The notes beneath the pieces are model-generated. The model saw nothing but the letters and a program-made list of their open reading frames with translations, had not been told where the DNA came from and searched no databases. Shown here in pieces: positions 1 to 11,706 of a stretch of 64,000 nucleotides of DNA; the stretch's first letter is position 1, and each line of letters begins with the position of its first letter. Source of the stretch: Eledone cirrhosa (taxonomy: Eukaryota); the NCBI GenBank assembly GCA_964016885.1, contig OZ024749.1, positions 28,272,001 to 28,336,000 of the forward strand, written 5' to 3'. The position numbers were made by a program, and so were the translations under genes.

Positions 1-339
1 AGTTATGGTGGTGCCCCAGTATGGCCACAGTCCAATGTATGAAACCAATAGGAGGCTAATATAATAATACAGTAAAGTGGAGGAAGTGGTGGGTGTAGTG
101 TTAACTATAGTTTATGAAGTCATCTAGGTTGGTACTTGTAAAATGTATCAAAATATGACCTGTTCCAGTAAAGTACTAACTTCCAATGGAAGCTAGTACT
201 TAGCTTTTCTCAACAATGTAGTAATTACTGGTACTGTTACACTACAAACATAACTGCTGACCAGAACTAGGTTTCTCACAATTTATGAATTCATATATTA
301 AATATACATACATACACACTTATGTGTATGTATGTATTT

Positions 340-835
340 CAGGTCGTGCTTTAGGGCTGCTGGTAACATGTAACCCAGTACAACTCGTGCATGTTCAGGT
401 TGATGGCGACTAATTTGGCAACCCCACCAAGCTTGCTTGGTGAGGTGGGTTATTTTGGACACCCTTAGGGATGAAAAACAAAAACTGTCAAAGGGCTGAG
501 GAACACAGGAGAGTCAACGGCCAACCGATAATTAAATTTTTTTTTTTTTTTTTCGAGTGGAGCAATAGAATGGGAGACCCCTAGTTTTCATTAAGACATC
601 TCTCAAGGGGAAGATCACTCCGATGTAAAACTTGCGACTTCGTTTGCATCCAATGATGTAGACCAGTTCTACTTTTTGGGTAAATGCATTCAATGTTCAG
701 AGATTGGGAATTAGTCCTGTGTAAAGCCTTTCCTCACTTAAAAAAGCTTCAAGCACAGGCATCGCTTGACACTTGATATCTGACATCCTAAGTATCAAGC
801 GAAAGCATTACTCGATATTGAGTTGCAGCCCTCAT
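340..835 (+). mobile_element. Non-autonomous RTE-derived short element (Ceph-domain-like), diverged copy
   Basis: Shares its head (ggtaacatgtaacccagtacaac...ggcgactaa...caccaag) and body (cctcacttaaaaaa...gcacaggcat) with 59353-59900 and 60017-60623. Flanked by (TATG)n. Confidence 0.7.
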
Positions 836-884
836 GTAAGTATGTATGAAGGTATGTGTGTGTGTACATACATACATACATACA

Positions 885-1281
885 GGCTGCCAACTCATTT
901 TCGAGTACGGCCACTACTTTATATCCATGTAGGAGAACCCCTACCGATGTGCTGAATGAGTGTGACTTTTTAGTCCAGCCAGCAACTTGAAAACTCTGGC
1001 ACAAACACTACACTTGTGACAATTATTGACACAGTGCTGGGCCCATGGTACCATGTGACGACAAGTGCAGAGAGATCTCCAGATATAAAGCAATGCCTGT
1101 GCCGTGAAGCTTTTATAGTGAGCAAAGGCACTGCACAAAGCCAGTCCTACTCTCTTAACCAAGATGATATTTACCAAAAAGAAGAACAAGTCAACATCAT
1201 TGGATACCACCAGGGTTGCAGGTGTTATATCAGAGTTTTCCTTCTCCTAGAATTCTGCCTTGACAAAGGCTAAGGGGGTCA
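885..1281 (-). mobile_element. 5'-truncated RTE-derived element with zinc-finger-like RTE 3' end
   Basis: Near-identical inverted copy of 60223-60620. Encodes CSVCARVFKLLAGLKSH, a C2H2-like motif typical of RTE C-termini, and has a (TATG)n tail. Confidence 0.75.
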
Positions 1282-1285
1282 TCAA

Positions 1286-1343
1286 ACATACATATATACA
1301 TATACACACATATATATACATACATACATACACACACACATAT

Positions 1344-1384
<41 letters not shown>

Positions 1385-1560
1385 CATACATACACATACA
1401 CACGCATATATACATACATACATACATATACACACACATATATATATACATACATACATACATATACACACACATATATACATACATACATATACACACA
1501 CATATATATATATACATACATATATACATACATATATGTATACATATATACACACATATA
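1286..1560. repeat. Compound (TA/CA)n microsatellite
   Basis: Seen directly; it explains the HTYI/VCMY ORFs. Confidence 0.95.
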
Positions 1561-2045
1561 TTCAATCAAACTTTTATGTGAGAAACCCAATAGAAACAGC
1601 TGTTACTGTCACATTGTCAATTATTTGAATTAATAACTGGACATTGTCTGTCTGTCTCTGTGTGACTAATAATGATTTCTACTATAGGCACAAGACCAGC
1701 AATTTGTGGGGTAGGGGAAAGTCAATTAAATCGACCTGAGCGCATCATTGGTACTTTATTTTATCGACCCTGTAAAGATGAAAGGCAAAGCTAACCTCAG
1801 CGGGTTTTGAACACAGAACATAAAGGGTCATAACTATTCTGCGAAGCAGTGTGTTAGTGACTAATAACACCTTTGTGTGTGTGTGTGTGTGTGTGTGTAT
1901 GATAATGGCTATATGTATGGGTGTATGTGTGTGTGTAACTGTGCATGGGCTATGTCTGTATGTGTGTGTGTATGTAAATCAATGCCTATGTATGTGTGTG
2001 TATAACAAGTCCTTTATATGTGTGTGTAACAATGCTTTTATATAT

Positions 2046-2285
2046 AATAATAATAATAATGAAATTATTGTGTAAAGTGCTCAGGTGCACTACAACTCGT
2101 CAAAGGTGTATGTATAGTACATAGAATAATACACAAATGTCAGGGAAGTACATGTGTGTATGTGTTAGCTGTAGTGTTGGCGGATCTTGGGAAGCATGGA
2201 GGCCTTAAAGGATGCAGTGTCTCGACAGCTAACAACTGATGCAGGTAGTTTGTTCCATGCTTCAGCAACTCTGAGCGTGAAAAAA
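2046..2285 (-). mobile_element. 3' end fragment of CR1-like LINE
   Basis: Matches 11707-11985 (gtgctcaggtgcactacaactc...ttgttccatgcttcagcaactctgag) and has an (ATT)n tail. Confidence 0.85.
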
Positions 2286-2465
2286 GTATGTGTGTATGTA
2301 TGTATGTATGTAACAATGCCTTTATGTATGTGTGTAGCAGTGCATTGTGTGTGTGTGTAATCTTAAAAGGGAGCATGTGCATATGTGTACATTTGAGTGT
2401 GCGTATGTGTGTGTGCGTACATATTTGTGTATGTGAGTACACATGTAAATACATGTACGTGAGTG

Positions 2466-2660
2466 ATAATAATAATAATAATTGTTTCTATTTTTGGCAC
2501 AAGGCCAGCAATTACCCAGTACATTACTGGTACATTATTTTATCGACCCCGTAAGGATGAAAGGCAAAGTTATCCTCGGCGGGATTTGAACTCAGAATGG
2601 CAAGAGTCGTAACTCTATGTGTCAAAGCATGGCATCCGACCCTCTACCGATACTGCCAAC
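2466..2660 (-). mobile_element. tRNA-related SINE with Meta/MESC-like core
   Basis: Core gagttcaaatcccgccgagg..actttgcctttcatccttacggggtcgataaaataa..taccagt with an (ATT)n tail. More than 15 related copies occur in the window, e.g. 1668-1847, 9134-9350, 14250-14400, 17346-17570, 30250-30395, 50880-51092, 52318-52532. Confidence 0.85.
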
Positions 2661-2829
2661 CCCCCCCCCCTTATAATAATAATAATAATAATAATAATGT
2701 TTAGAAAAGAAATTACAATAAACAAAATATATAAAAACATATTTAACCCTTTCATGACTGTATTTCTAATGAGATATACTCTATTTTAATTAATTAATGA
2801 AGAATTGATGACCTAGAGATGTAGCACTC

Positions 2830-3200
2830 AGATGGTGGATGAGTGCTAAATGAGGATGCTGAGGATGGCTCTGAACATTAATCAGTATGTACTGAGGATA
2901 AGAACTCAGAACTGTATGGGAGCCTCCCAAAAGTCAGCTCGAAAATGACACAGAGGAGACTGAGGTTAGCTGGACATGCTCACCGACATTCAGAGTTGAC
3001 ACTGCACTCAGTGCTCCTGTGGGAGCCCCTACATGGACACACTAGAAGAGGGAGACCGAGGTTGACATATGTTGATGCCCAAAGGAAAGACACTGGTCTC
3101 TGGGAGACTCAGGAGATAACAGCAATAATGAAGTACAGACCGCTGGAGAGAACTTGTCCATGGATCTCGGGAATTTTCCCCACCCTGGAGAGAGAATGAA
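2830..3200 (+). pseudogene. RTE-clade LINE C-terminal fragment
   Basis: RRLRLAGHAHRH...LLWEP.HG..RRGRPRLTYVD...DTGL is the characteristic RTE C-terminal motif series. Confidence 0.85.
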
Positions 3201-3384
3201 GAATTTTGACAGATCTACTAAGATTATTAACTATTTCATAACTAAGATAGTAACTTAATGTAATGTTACTACATAAAATTATGTTGGAAGATTTTAATTT
3301 AAATTGGGTGGTTTTATTTCATAGAACTAGAGTGGGGTTTGGCAACTAAAGGGTTAAATATGAATAATTTATTTGAAAATTACA

Positions 3385-3642
3385 ATTATGGGTATGTTGT
3401 TATAATGTCTCAGGAAAGAATCACTGAACAGATTTTACAGGCAAAACCAACTGGCAAGAGACCTAGGAGTAGATCCCAAGCAAGATGGTTGGATAACATC
3501 CATGAGCTTGGCTGGTCTCACTTGAGGATTCAGCCAGATCAGTTGGAGATGGCTGCTTCAGACAGGACCGGCTGGAAGGAGTGTTTGAGGATTCTTCCCC
3601 CATGACCCTCTCAAGAATACGCAGGCAAAGAAAAAGAAGAAG
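3385..3642 (+). mobile_element. RTE-like 3' end family with (GAA)n tail
   Basis: QERITEQILQAKPTGKRPR...RWLDNI. Other copies lie at ~16090-16312 (+), 36817-37205 (-), 40843-41160 (+, interrupted) and 44500-44548 (-). Confidence 0.8.
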
Positions 3643-4208
3643 AATTGTGGAGTATTTCTTGTTAAATCTTTAAATATAATCATATAACAGCTTCATGATG
3701 GTGGTGACACTATTTGAGTCATGTCCCTCCTGTATCTAGTCAACTACTACTACAATGGCCTCTGCTCTGGAGAACTTAGTGACACACAAGTTCACCACTG
3801 TCACCATCACTACCACCACATCATACTATATGTACCAAATCATCACCAATAAGCTGCAAACACACACACTATGATATAGAATGAGCACTCTTTTGCCATG
3901 TAAAAGTCACAAGAACCTGTCTAGTGCCACTGCCATGATAAAATACACCCTATACTCTCTGTAAAGTGGTAGTGCTGATATCAAAATAAAATACACCCAT
4001 TAAACTAAGTGGCAGAGCTGGTGTTATGATAAAATACACCCGATCCACTCTGTAAAGTGGTAATGTGGTACTCCTGGTGTCAAAATAAAATGTACTCAAT
4101 ACACTCTGTAAAGTGGTAATGTTGGTGCCAGTTCCACAATAAAATACACCCAGAACACTGTAATATTAGTTGATGATAAAGTAATAGTAGTAGCTGTACT
4201 AGTAGCCA

Positions 4209-4240
<32 letters not shown>

Positions 4241-4371
4241 AAATATTTTGTAGTAACATTAGTTGATATATGTCAATAGAAAAAAGTACAGTTAGTGTGC
4301 ATATACATTACCCACTCTGCATCTTCCCAGATTAGTTGTCACCCAAGTCTCAGCACAGCAGACTCTCTCTT

Positions 4372-4425
<54 letters not shown>

Positions 4426-4738
4426 ATGCGAGTCCTTGGTTCAATCTGGGGTAACCACAGTAAGTAAAGTAAGGTACTCAATAATTTGTAGAGTGTATAC
4501 AACAAAATTTAATATAGAAATAGCTTCTACAAAACTATAACAGGGCTTCTTTCCTAATGATTTTTTTTTCGAATGAAACAGTTCTAGTCCTGTAGAAGCC
4601 ATTTTTATATCAAATTTTGTGATATATATATATATATATGTGTGTGTGTGTATACATATATAAATATATGAAACCTACCAGTTTAGCAACAGTAAGACAT
4701 GTCCAACAGAAGAAAGTATAGTTGTATTACTATCTATT

Positions 4739-4776
<38 letters not shown>

Positions 4777-4879
4777 TATATATATATTAGTATAGTAGTA
4801 GCAACTAAAACATCTGAACTATTGCCAACAACTCCACTTGGTGGCTATTTATTTATGCCTGTTTCTTTAATGATCAGAT

Positions 4880-5230
4880 TACCACCACCACCACCATTGC
4901 TGCTACTGCTACAACTACCACTGCTACTACTACCATTACCATCACACCTACTACTACTATTATCACCATCACTACTGCTAGTACTATTACTGCTACTACT
5001 ACCACCGCCATCACCACCACTACTATCACACTACCACCATAACAACAACCAGTACACTACTGCCACAACTACTACAACCAACACCACCACCATCACTATC
5101 ACCACAACCATCCCAACACCATCACACCACCACCACCATCACCACCACCATGACACTACTACCACCGCAACAACAACCAGTACACTACCACCATCACCAC
5201 ACCACCAGCCAGCCCTCCCATACCACAATC
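4880..5230. repeat. (CAC/CTA)n low-complexity tract
   Basis: Seen directly. Confidence 0.9.
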
Positions 5231-5357
5231 CAGGTATATATAAACATTTGTTTGTGTGATTACACTGCAACTACCTTGTGGATATTGATTGTAATTTATT
5301 ACAGACACACACACACACATATATACAGATACATATATATACATATGCATAAATGCA

Positions 5358-5686
5358 GGCACATGGCTCAGTGGTTAGAGCATTGGCCTTGAAATTGAAA
5401 GGTTGTGAGTTCAAGTCTCAGACTGGGTGATGTGTTGTTTCCTTGAGCAAGACACTTTATTTCACATTGCTCCAGTTTACTCAGCTGTAGAAATGAGATG
5501 ATAGGGACTGGGGTCCATATTCCACTGCAAAGTGGTCGTGTAGGCGCCACGGCAAAAAAACACCCAGCACTCACTGTAAATGAGGTTGGTGTTAGGAAGG
5601 GCATCCAGCTGTAGAAATCAAGCCAGAATCAATTCCCGTCCCACCCTTGCAAGCAGGGAAAAGCGGACGTAAAATGATGATGATGA
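5358..5686 (+). mobile_element. tRNA-headed CORE-like SINE, full length
   Basis: A box (tggctcagtggttagagc), B box (gagttcaagtc), CORE-like ttccttgagcaagacactttatttcacattgctccag, and an (ATG)n tail. Near-identical to 18391-18704 and 26631-26954. Confidence 0.9.
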
Positions 5687-5801
5687 AATATGTGCACACA
5701 TGCACAAATATGCATTACACATATACATATACATCATGTGTTTGTATCTATGTATGTGTGCATATGTAAGCATATATTTATACGGGTGTATGTGTGCCTA
5801 A

Positions 5802-5839
<38 letters not shown>

Positions 5840-6085
5840 CGAGCCAAAGCTGAAGCATATGGACCCCCCCCCCCTGTAAAGTGGTTGTGTAGGTGCCACA
5901 ATAAAAAGCACCCAGTACTCTCAGTAAATGAGGTTGGTGTTAGGAAGGGCATGTAGAAATCAAGCCAAAATCAGTTCTGTATGAGCAAGACATGGTCACC
6001 TGACCTGGCATTGCCCACAATAGGTCAACTTGTCTAATCCATGCTAGCATGGAAGAAATGGTGATGATTACTATAATGATGATAG

Positions 6086-6230
6086 ACAGTGAAATTCATG
6101 GGATATAAAAAAAAATTTGTTGCAACGAAAAATTCTTTATAACGAGATCGGCCTAACACATCAAGCATGTGACCGGCAATTGAAAATAAATTTCGTTAAA
6201 ATGGTATTCATTATAACAAAATTTTACCTG

Positions 6231-6232
<2 letters not shown>
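6086..6232. mobile_element. Tc1/mariner (Tigger-like) MITE remnant
   Basis: Begins cagtgaaatt and ends aattttacctgta, with internal ttcgtt/aacga subterminal motifs. Confidence 0.45.
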
Positions 6233-6267
<35 letters not shown>

Positions 6268-6439
6268 AAAGAGAAAACACGGGTAAGCATTAAAAAAAAG
6301 GATTTTATCCACGTATTTACGACTGTTTCATTGGTAAGTGCAACCTTATATTGCTATACTGCAAATAGCAGCCACTCAATAATAATTGTTGTTCACCTCC
6401 AAATTTTCAAAATAATGAATAAGTTACTCATAAAAGGTT

Positions 6440-6486
<47 letters not shown>

Positions 6487-6656
6487 TGTGTGTGAGTAAG
6501 TGTATATATATATATATATATATATATACTTACACACACACACACACACATAGGTTGACAATATTCAGATATGCACACACATGTATTTGGTCATGCACAT
6601 ACATATTCATGCACAAAAATGTTGTTGTTCTTGTTGCAGCCCACATCTGCTTAGGT

Positions 6657-6871
6657 TTAACTCTTTAGCATTTAAACCAGCCAGAATTCTCTCAACTCTT
6701 TCTGTTCAAACCACCCATAACCGGCCCCTCATACTGATGTTAAGGTATCATTCTCAAAATAAATAATATCAAAATCTCATAGATTTGATATGTCAAATAA
6801 TTATGTGAGATAAAGCCTTTTCTGCGAAAATACAATAGTAAATATGGAGTAATGTGAATACTAAAGGTTAA
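6657..6871 (-). mobile_element. piggyBac-like MITE (~220 bp), reverse orientation
   Basis: TTAA-flanked, and the reverse complement of the family at 11321, 33231 and 44222. Confidence 0.75.
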
Positions 6872-7539
6872 CCAACCACCAACAAGGTTGTATCTTACAT
6901 GAGGTTTCTTCAGTCTTTTAATGATAGGCGCCTATATTTCTATCATATTGACATTTTCCCTGGCGACAGAGGTGGTACTTCAACTGGAGAAATACCACAA
7001 GGCATCTCATTCAATTCTCTACTAATTCCACCAATCCATCATCCTAGACTGCTGCTTAGTAGTAATGCTGGCACCACAATAACAGCACCCTGTACACCCT
7101 GTACAGTCTGTAAAGTGGTTGGTATTAGAAAGGGCATCGAACAAGCTATAGATACCATACCAGAATATGGAATGTCTGAGCAAGACATTATTCCCCGACC
7201 TGTCTAATCCTGGTCCGTGATAACCTGCCCAACCCATGCTAGCAATGAAATCATGCATATGATGATGATGATATTTAACCAGTACCTTTCAATTGCTTCT
7301 ACTAATCGACTGACAAAATAGGTTGCACTCAGTGTTAGGAGTACAGCGAGCCGATATAGAACTGCAAACTAAGTGTATGTATTCTGTAGCATGTGTATAT
7401 ATAGTAAATATAAATTCTTGAAAATGTGTATCATATATGTTTTGTAGATATGTAAAGCACATATATATAGTATATATAAAGTCAAGAAACTATCATATAT
7501 GTTTTGTAGATGTGTAGGGTGTATATATTTAGTATATAT

Positions 7540-7765
7540 AAAGCACCCAGTCCACACTGTAAAGTGGTTGTGTAGGAGTCACGACAAAAAGCACTCAGCA
7601 CACACTGTAAATGTGGTTGGCATTGGGAAGCGCATCCAGCTGTAGAAATCTAGCCAGAAAGTCCTATATGAACAGGACATGGTTACCTGACCCAATTTGC
7701 CTCAAATGGGACAACCCGTTTAACCCATGCTCGCGTGGAAAGTGGATGCATGATGATGGTGAAAG
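7540..7765 (+). mobile_element. SINE 3' body/tail fragment (aaaagcacccag...gggcatccagc...gcatggaa...(ATG)n)
   Basis: Related segments occur at 5875-6070, 7075-7272, 15680-15955 and 29825-30135, with degenerate tandem copies at 3900-4170. Confidence 0.7.
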
Positions 7766-8255
7766 TCATGAAACTGTGTATATATGTTTTGTAGAAGTAG
7801 AAAGTGTATGCTAATGCATATGAAAGTGGACATTAAACGATGATGATGATAGTATACATAAAGTCACGAAACTGTATATAAAGTGACGAAACTGAGTAAC
7901 ATCAAAGTTTGTTTTGTAGTAGAATTGATGTTTGGTTAAGAAGTCATTTCACACTACAGATATATCAATAACATATTTGTTTACAACACAGATATTTATA
8001 TAGACGGAATAGTGACATGACCAACTTGTTGGTGGTGGGTGTGTATATGTGTGTGTGTGCATGCTTTTGTGCCTGTGTATGCATTTTTGTGTCCGTGCAT
8101 GCGTTTGTGTGTGTGCATGCATTTGTGTTTACACTTGCTGTGGATTTCAAGCCCAGAATAATATTTGTTACATAAGTCACATGTAGCTTTTCACACCCAG
8201 TTTTTTTTAAATAAAAAACTGACTCACTTCTGAATATATGCAGTAATATGTTGAT

Positions 8256-8575
8256 GGAGCATAGCTTAATGGTTAGGGTGCTGAGCTCACAACCATAAGG
8301 TTCTGAGTTGGATCCCTAGATCAGAAAGTGGTGCATTGTATCCTTAGGCAAGGCACTTTATTTCATGCTGCTCCAGTCCACTCAGCTGGAAAACAAAATC
8401 AGTTGAGATGTCACCACTGTCAAGCTACATCAGCCTTTGTTTTTTCCTTTGAGAACAGGAGAACATCAGTGGTATGGGGAAGGGGGACTAGCCTGCAGGG
8501 ACAACTGCTGGTGTCTTCCACAAAAACATCTTTCCCAAGATTGAACCTGAGAGAGTAACTTTCCATGTATGAACC
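8256..8575 (+). mobile_element. CORE-like SINE, second subfamily
   Basis: tRNA-like head plus tccttaggcaaggcactttatttca core. The tail matches the inverted copy at 16985-17305. Confidence 0.75.
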
Positions 8576-8672
8576 CAAGGTTAGTCAGCCTTCTAAGATG
8601 AAGATAAAGGCATTGATGAAATAAACATGGTGAAATAATGAGTTTGTAATATAATATCAAAACGAAACTTAC

Positions 8673-8895
8673 AATAATAATACTGGGAAAGGTTCTCTGA
8701 ATTGCTTAGTAAGATCTTCAGCTGATTGGAGGTAATATGTTGGTGTAAACTTTGACATAACCATATATGGCCCTTAGACAGACCCTCAGGATTAGGGGAC
8801 ATTCGTTGGATCCCTTCAATGAATGGATCTAACACAGGCTCGAGCCATTTCACTTGCTTTATAAATGGCCAGAAGTCAGCATCTTCTAACTCATC
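8673..8895 (-). CDS. RUBCN: Rubicon homolog exon (RUN domain)
   Basis: tacag|GAT...TAT T|gtaag, 223 nt, and the phase-0 start matches the previous exon. Encodes DELEDADFWPFIKQVKWLEP...HIWLCQSLHQHITSNQLKILLSNSENLSQYYY, paralleling Rubicon DYWQFVKDIRWL...[20 protein letters not shown]...KFY. Confidence 0.93.
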
Positions 8896-9738
8896 CTGTA
8901 GGAGATAAAACAATAATAATAATACATGATTGATAATATTCAGAAAGCCGGTACAATGTGGTAGAAATATATAAAGGGCAAATGATGACAAATAAAATAA
9001 AACAAAGTAATGTTTTATCCAGTATATTTCAACATAATATTTCATGGCTAATACCCTCTTTTCAAATGTGAAACGAAAAGGGTTCAAAACAAAATAGAAT
9101 GATTGATGTGTTCTTCCCTAACTGGTCTACATGTTAATAATAACAATGATTTCTACTATAGGCACAAGGCCAGCAATTTTGGGGGAGAGGAAAGTCAATT
9201 AAATCGACCCCAGTGCAATACTGGTGCTTTATTTTATTGACCCTGTAAAGATGAAAGGCAAAGCTAACCTCAGCTGGATTTGAACTCATAATGTAAAGGG
9301 TCGTAACTGCAAAGCATAATGTCCCCTGCTCTACCGATACTGCCAATCCACAATCTGGAAATACCATACCGGTTGGGTGTCATACAAAAGATAGCTTTGC
9401 TAGGTACTGCGTACATTTTGAGGAAAGTATTATCTGTCTGAGGTCCTTGTTGTGACTTGACAGTTGACTACATACCCCAGTGCATTATCCATCTGCAGTG
9501 TGACAGAGCAACAATAATGATAATGATTTCTTTATTGACCACAAAGGGTTTACATCAAGAAAAACATTATGACAACACAGAACGAAAACAGAATGTGTAT
9601 ATGTGTTTTGGTGTGTGGGTTTTGCGAATAAACAAATTTTAATAGTAACAACAACAATAATAACAAGAAGTTAATATATTGTGAGATGTCATGAAAGTAA
9701 TTTGAAAATGTAATAGATGTAATAAAAGTAATAGTTAC

Positions 9739-9883
9739 AAGAAGATGAAACTTGAGTATCTTCTCCACATGGTAACAGACTCTGGATAAACCACCATAAG
9801 TACTCCAAACATTACTGGTGGGGGTTGCCAGTAAACCTTCCACTGTTGACTTTAAACCCATCAGTAACTCATGGTGTTGATTC
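9739..9883 (-). CDS. RUBCN: Rubicon homolog exon (N-terminus / start of RUN domain)
   Basis: tttcag|G AAT...CTT|gtaact, 145 nt. Encodes NQHHELLMGLKSTVEGLLATPTSNVWSTYGGLSRVCYHVEKILKFHLL, which closely resembles vertebrate Rubicon as I recall it ([35 protein letters not shown]). Confidence 0.93.
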
Positions 9884-9909
9884 CTGAAACAATATAAAAA
9901 AAATGAACA

Positions 9910-10490
9910 TTTAAATGACACCACACTAAACCTTCAACATTATGAGAGGGAGTTCACATTTGAAACCTACATGTAGGATATTTTAATGACACCACACTAA
10001 ACCTTCAACATTATGAGAAGGAGTTCACATTTGAAACCTACATGTAGGATATTTTAATGACACCACACTAAACTTTCAACAACAGGATGAGAGGTTTAAT
10101 GAGAGGCATTTAAAAAAAATTACATGTAGGACATATGATAGGGAGTTCACATTTGAAACTGACATGTAGGATATTTAAATGAGACTACACTAAACCTTTA
10201 ACATTATGAGAGGGAGTTCACATGTGACTCTTCATTTAGGACATTTAAATGGTACCACACTAAGCCTTCAACATGATGAAAGACAGAGTATGTTAAAAAA
10301 AAAAAATCACACGAAAGACATACAACACCACACTAAACCTTCAACAGGATGGGAGGGAGTTCTTATTTGAAACCTACATGTAGGATATTGAACTGACATC
10401 ACACTAAACCAACATGATGAAAGAGAGTTCACATTTGACACCTACATGTAGGACATATAAATAACATCAGACTAAACCTTCAACATGTCT
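9910..10490. repeat. ~71-bp degenerate minisatellite (~8 copies)
   Basis: gacaccacactaaaccttcaacattatgagagggagttcacatttgaaacctacatgtaggat recurs at 9917, 9988 and onward. Confidence 0.9.
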
Positions 10491-11320
10491 GTAGTGTTGG
10501 TGGTGGGCTGAGGGTGGGGGCGACAGAAGACCTTACAACTACATGTAAGGTAATGATAGTGGTGTGAGCGTGTAGGGTAGTTACATATAGGGATCTCGGT
10601 AGTGGCCTGTGTCAGGTAGAGGACTTCGGTTACCTGCAGGGGTATTGGCAGTGGCTTGTGGGTGTAGGGACAGGGATAGGGCCTAATAGTTCCATGGAGT
10701 GGGTGTTATTGTGACTCTTGCGCTGTTTTTTTTTTCTTTAAATTGAAGATATCCAAAAGTGGATGGCACTTGTTTACAAACAAGTCCACCCTAGTTGTGG
10801 AGAGCCAGGTTGACCTTCCAAAATAGAGTAACATAATTATAAGTGTTGATCAATTGTCAGATCTGACCTCTGATACGGAGTTGCCCTATTTCTGCTTTAA
10901 TGACCTAGTTAACCTGAAACTGGGTCCAGAAGGGTTCTGAGTTTCTTCAGTAGTTCGATATATAGCAGGCAATTATTGAGGAGAGATATGACACCTACAA
11001 CAGACTGACTCACCAAGCCACCAGCTGCAAACATCCTGTTAGAATTTATTACTAGCTCCACTGTTTGAAGGAAATTGATTGATAGAATGATGATGATCAA
11101 CATCATCATCATCACATATAGTATATAGAGGTGTAATTACATTTAAACCATTCATTTCCATGTTTCTAATGAGAGCTACAAACAAGGATCTTCAAATAAT
11201 TTTGAAAATAATAATTAGGAGAAATTTAGTAACGTAACTAACTTCCTTAAGCTGGTGTTTGGATTGTAACTTAGCAAAGCATAATTATCTAGGGAAGGTT
11301 TTTAGATAAATATAAATGTT

Positions 11321-11545
11321 TTAACCCTTTAGCATTTACATTGCTCTATATTTACTATTATATTATCACAGTAAAGGCTTTATCTCACATAATTATCTCA
11401 CATAATATCGAATCTGAGATTGATATTATTTAATTTGAGAACAATACCTTAATGTTAGTATGAGTGGCTAGTTACAACCGGTTTGAACAGAAAGAGGCGA
11501 GAGAATTCTGGCCGGATACAGCTGGTTTAAATGCTAACGGGTCAA
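11321..11545 (+). mobile_element. piggyBac-like MITE
   Basis: TTAA-CCCTTTAGCATTTA...TAAATGCTAA(C)GGG termini. Confidence 0.8.
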
Positions 11546-11706
11546 AGCTTTCATTACCATGTTTTTAATGATACTGCCTAGGATCTTCAAATGATTGTTA
11601 AAATAATATATAGGAGAGATTTAGGAATGTAACTAACTTCCTCATTTAGACATTTATATATGTAAGCATGTAAACACATAAAAATGTGCATGTACGCACA
11701 CATATA

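Noticed and set aside
5358-5430. tRNA gene
   Set aside because: A/B boxes are present, but the sequence continues into a multi-copy SINE body and I could not build a complete cloverleaf.
6899-7207. Possible next Rubicon exon or independent ORF
   Set aside because: Minus-strand frames from the candidate acceptor hit stops, there is no RUN similarity, and it overlaps SINE-derived sequence.
8593-9087. Full 164-aa ORF as a single-exon gene
   Set aside because: Only 8673-8895 is Rubicon-like and bounded by splice sites; the remainder is intron read-through.
11014-11035. 22-nt micro-exon (ag|GATGTTTGCAGCTGGTGGCTTG|gtgagt, minus strand)
   Set aside because: No polypyrimidine tract, and inclusion would frameshift the Rubicon model.
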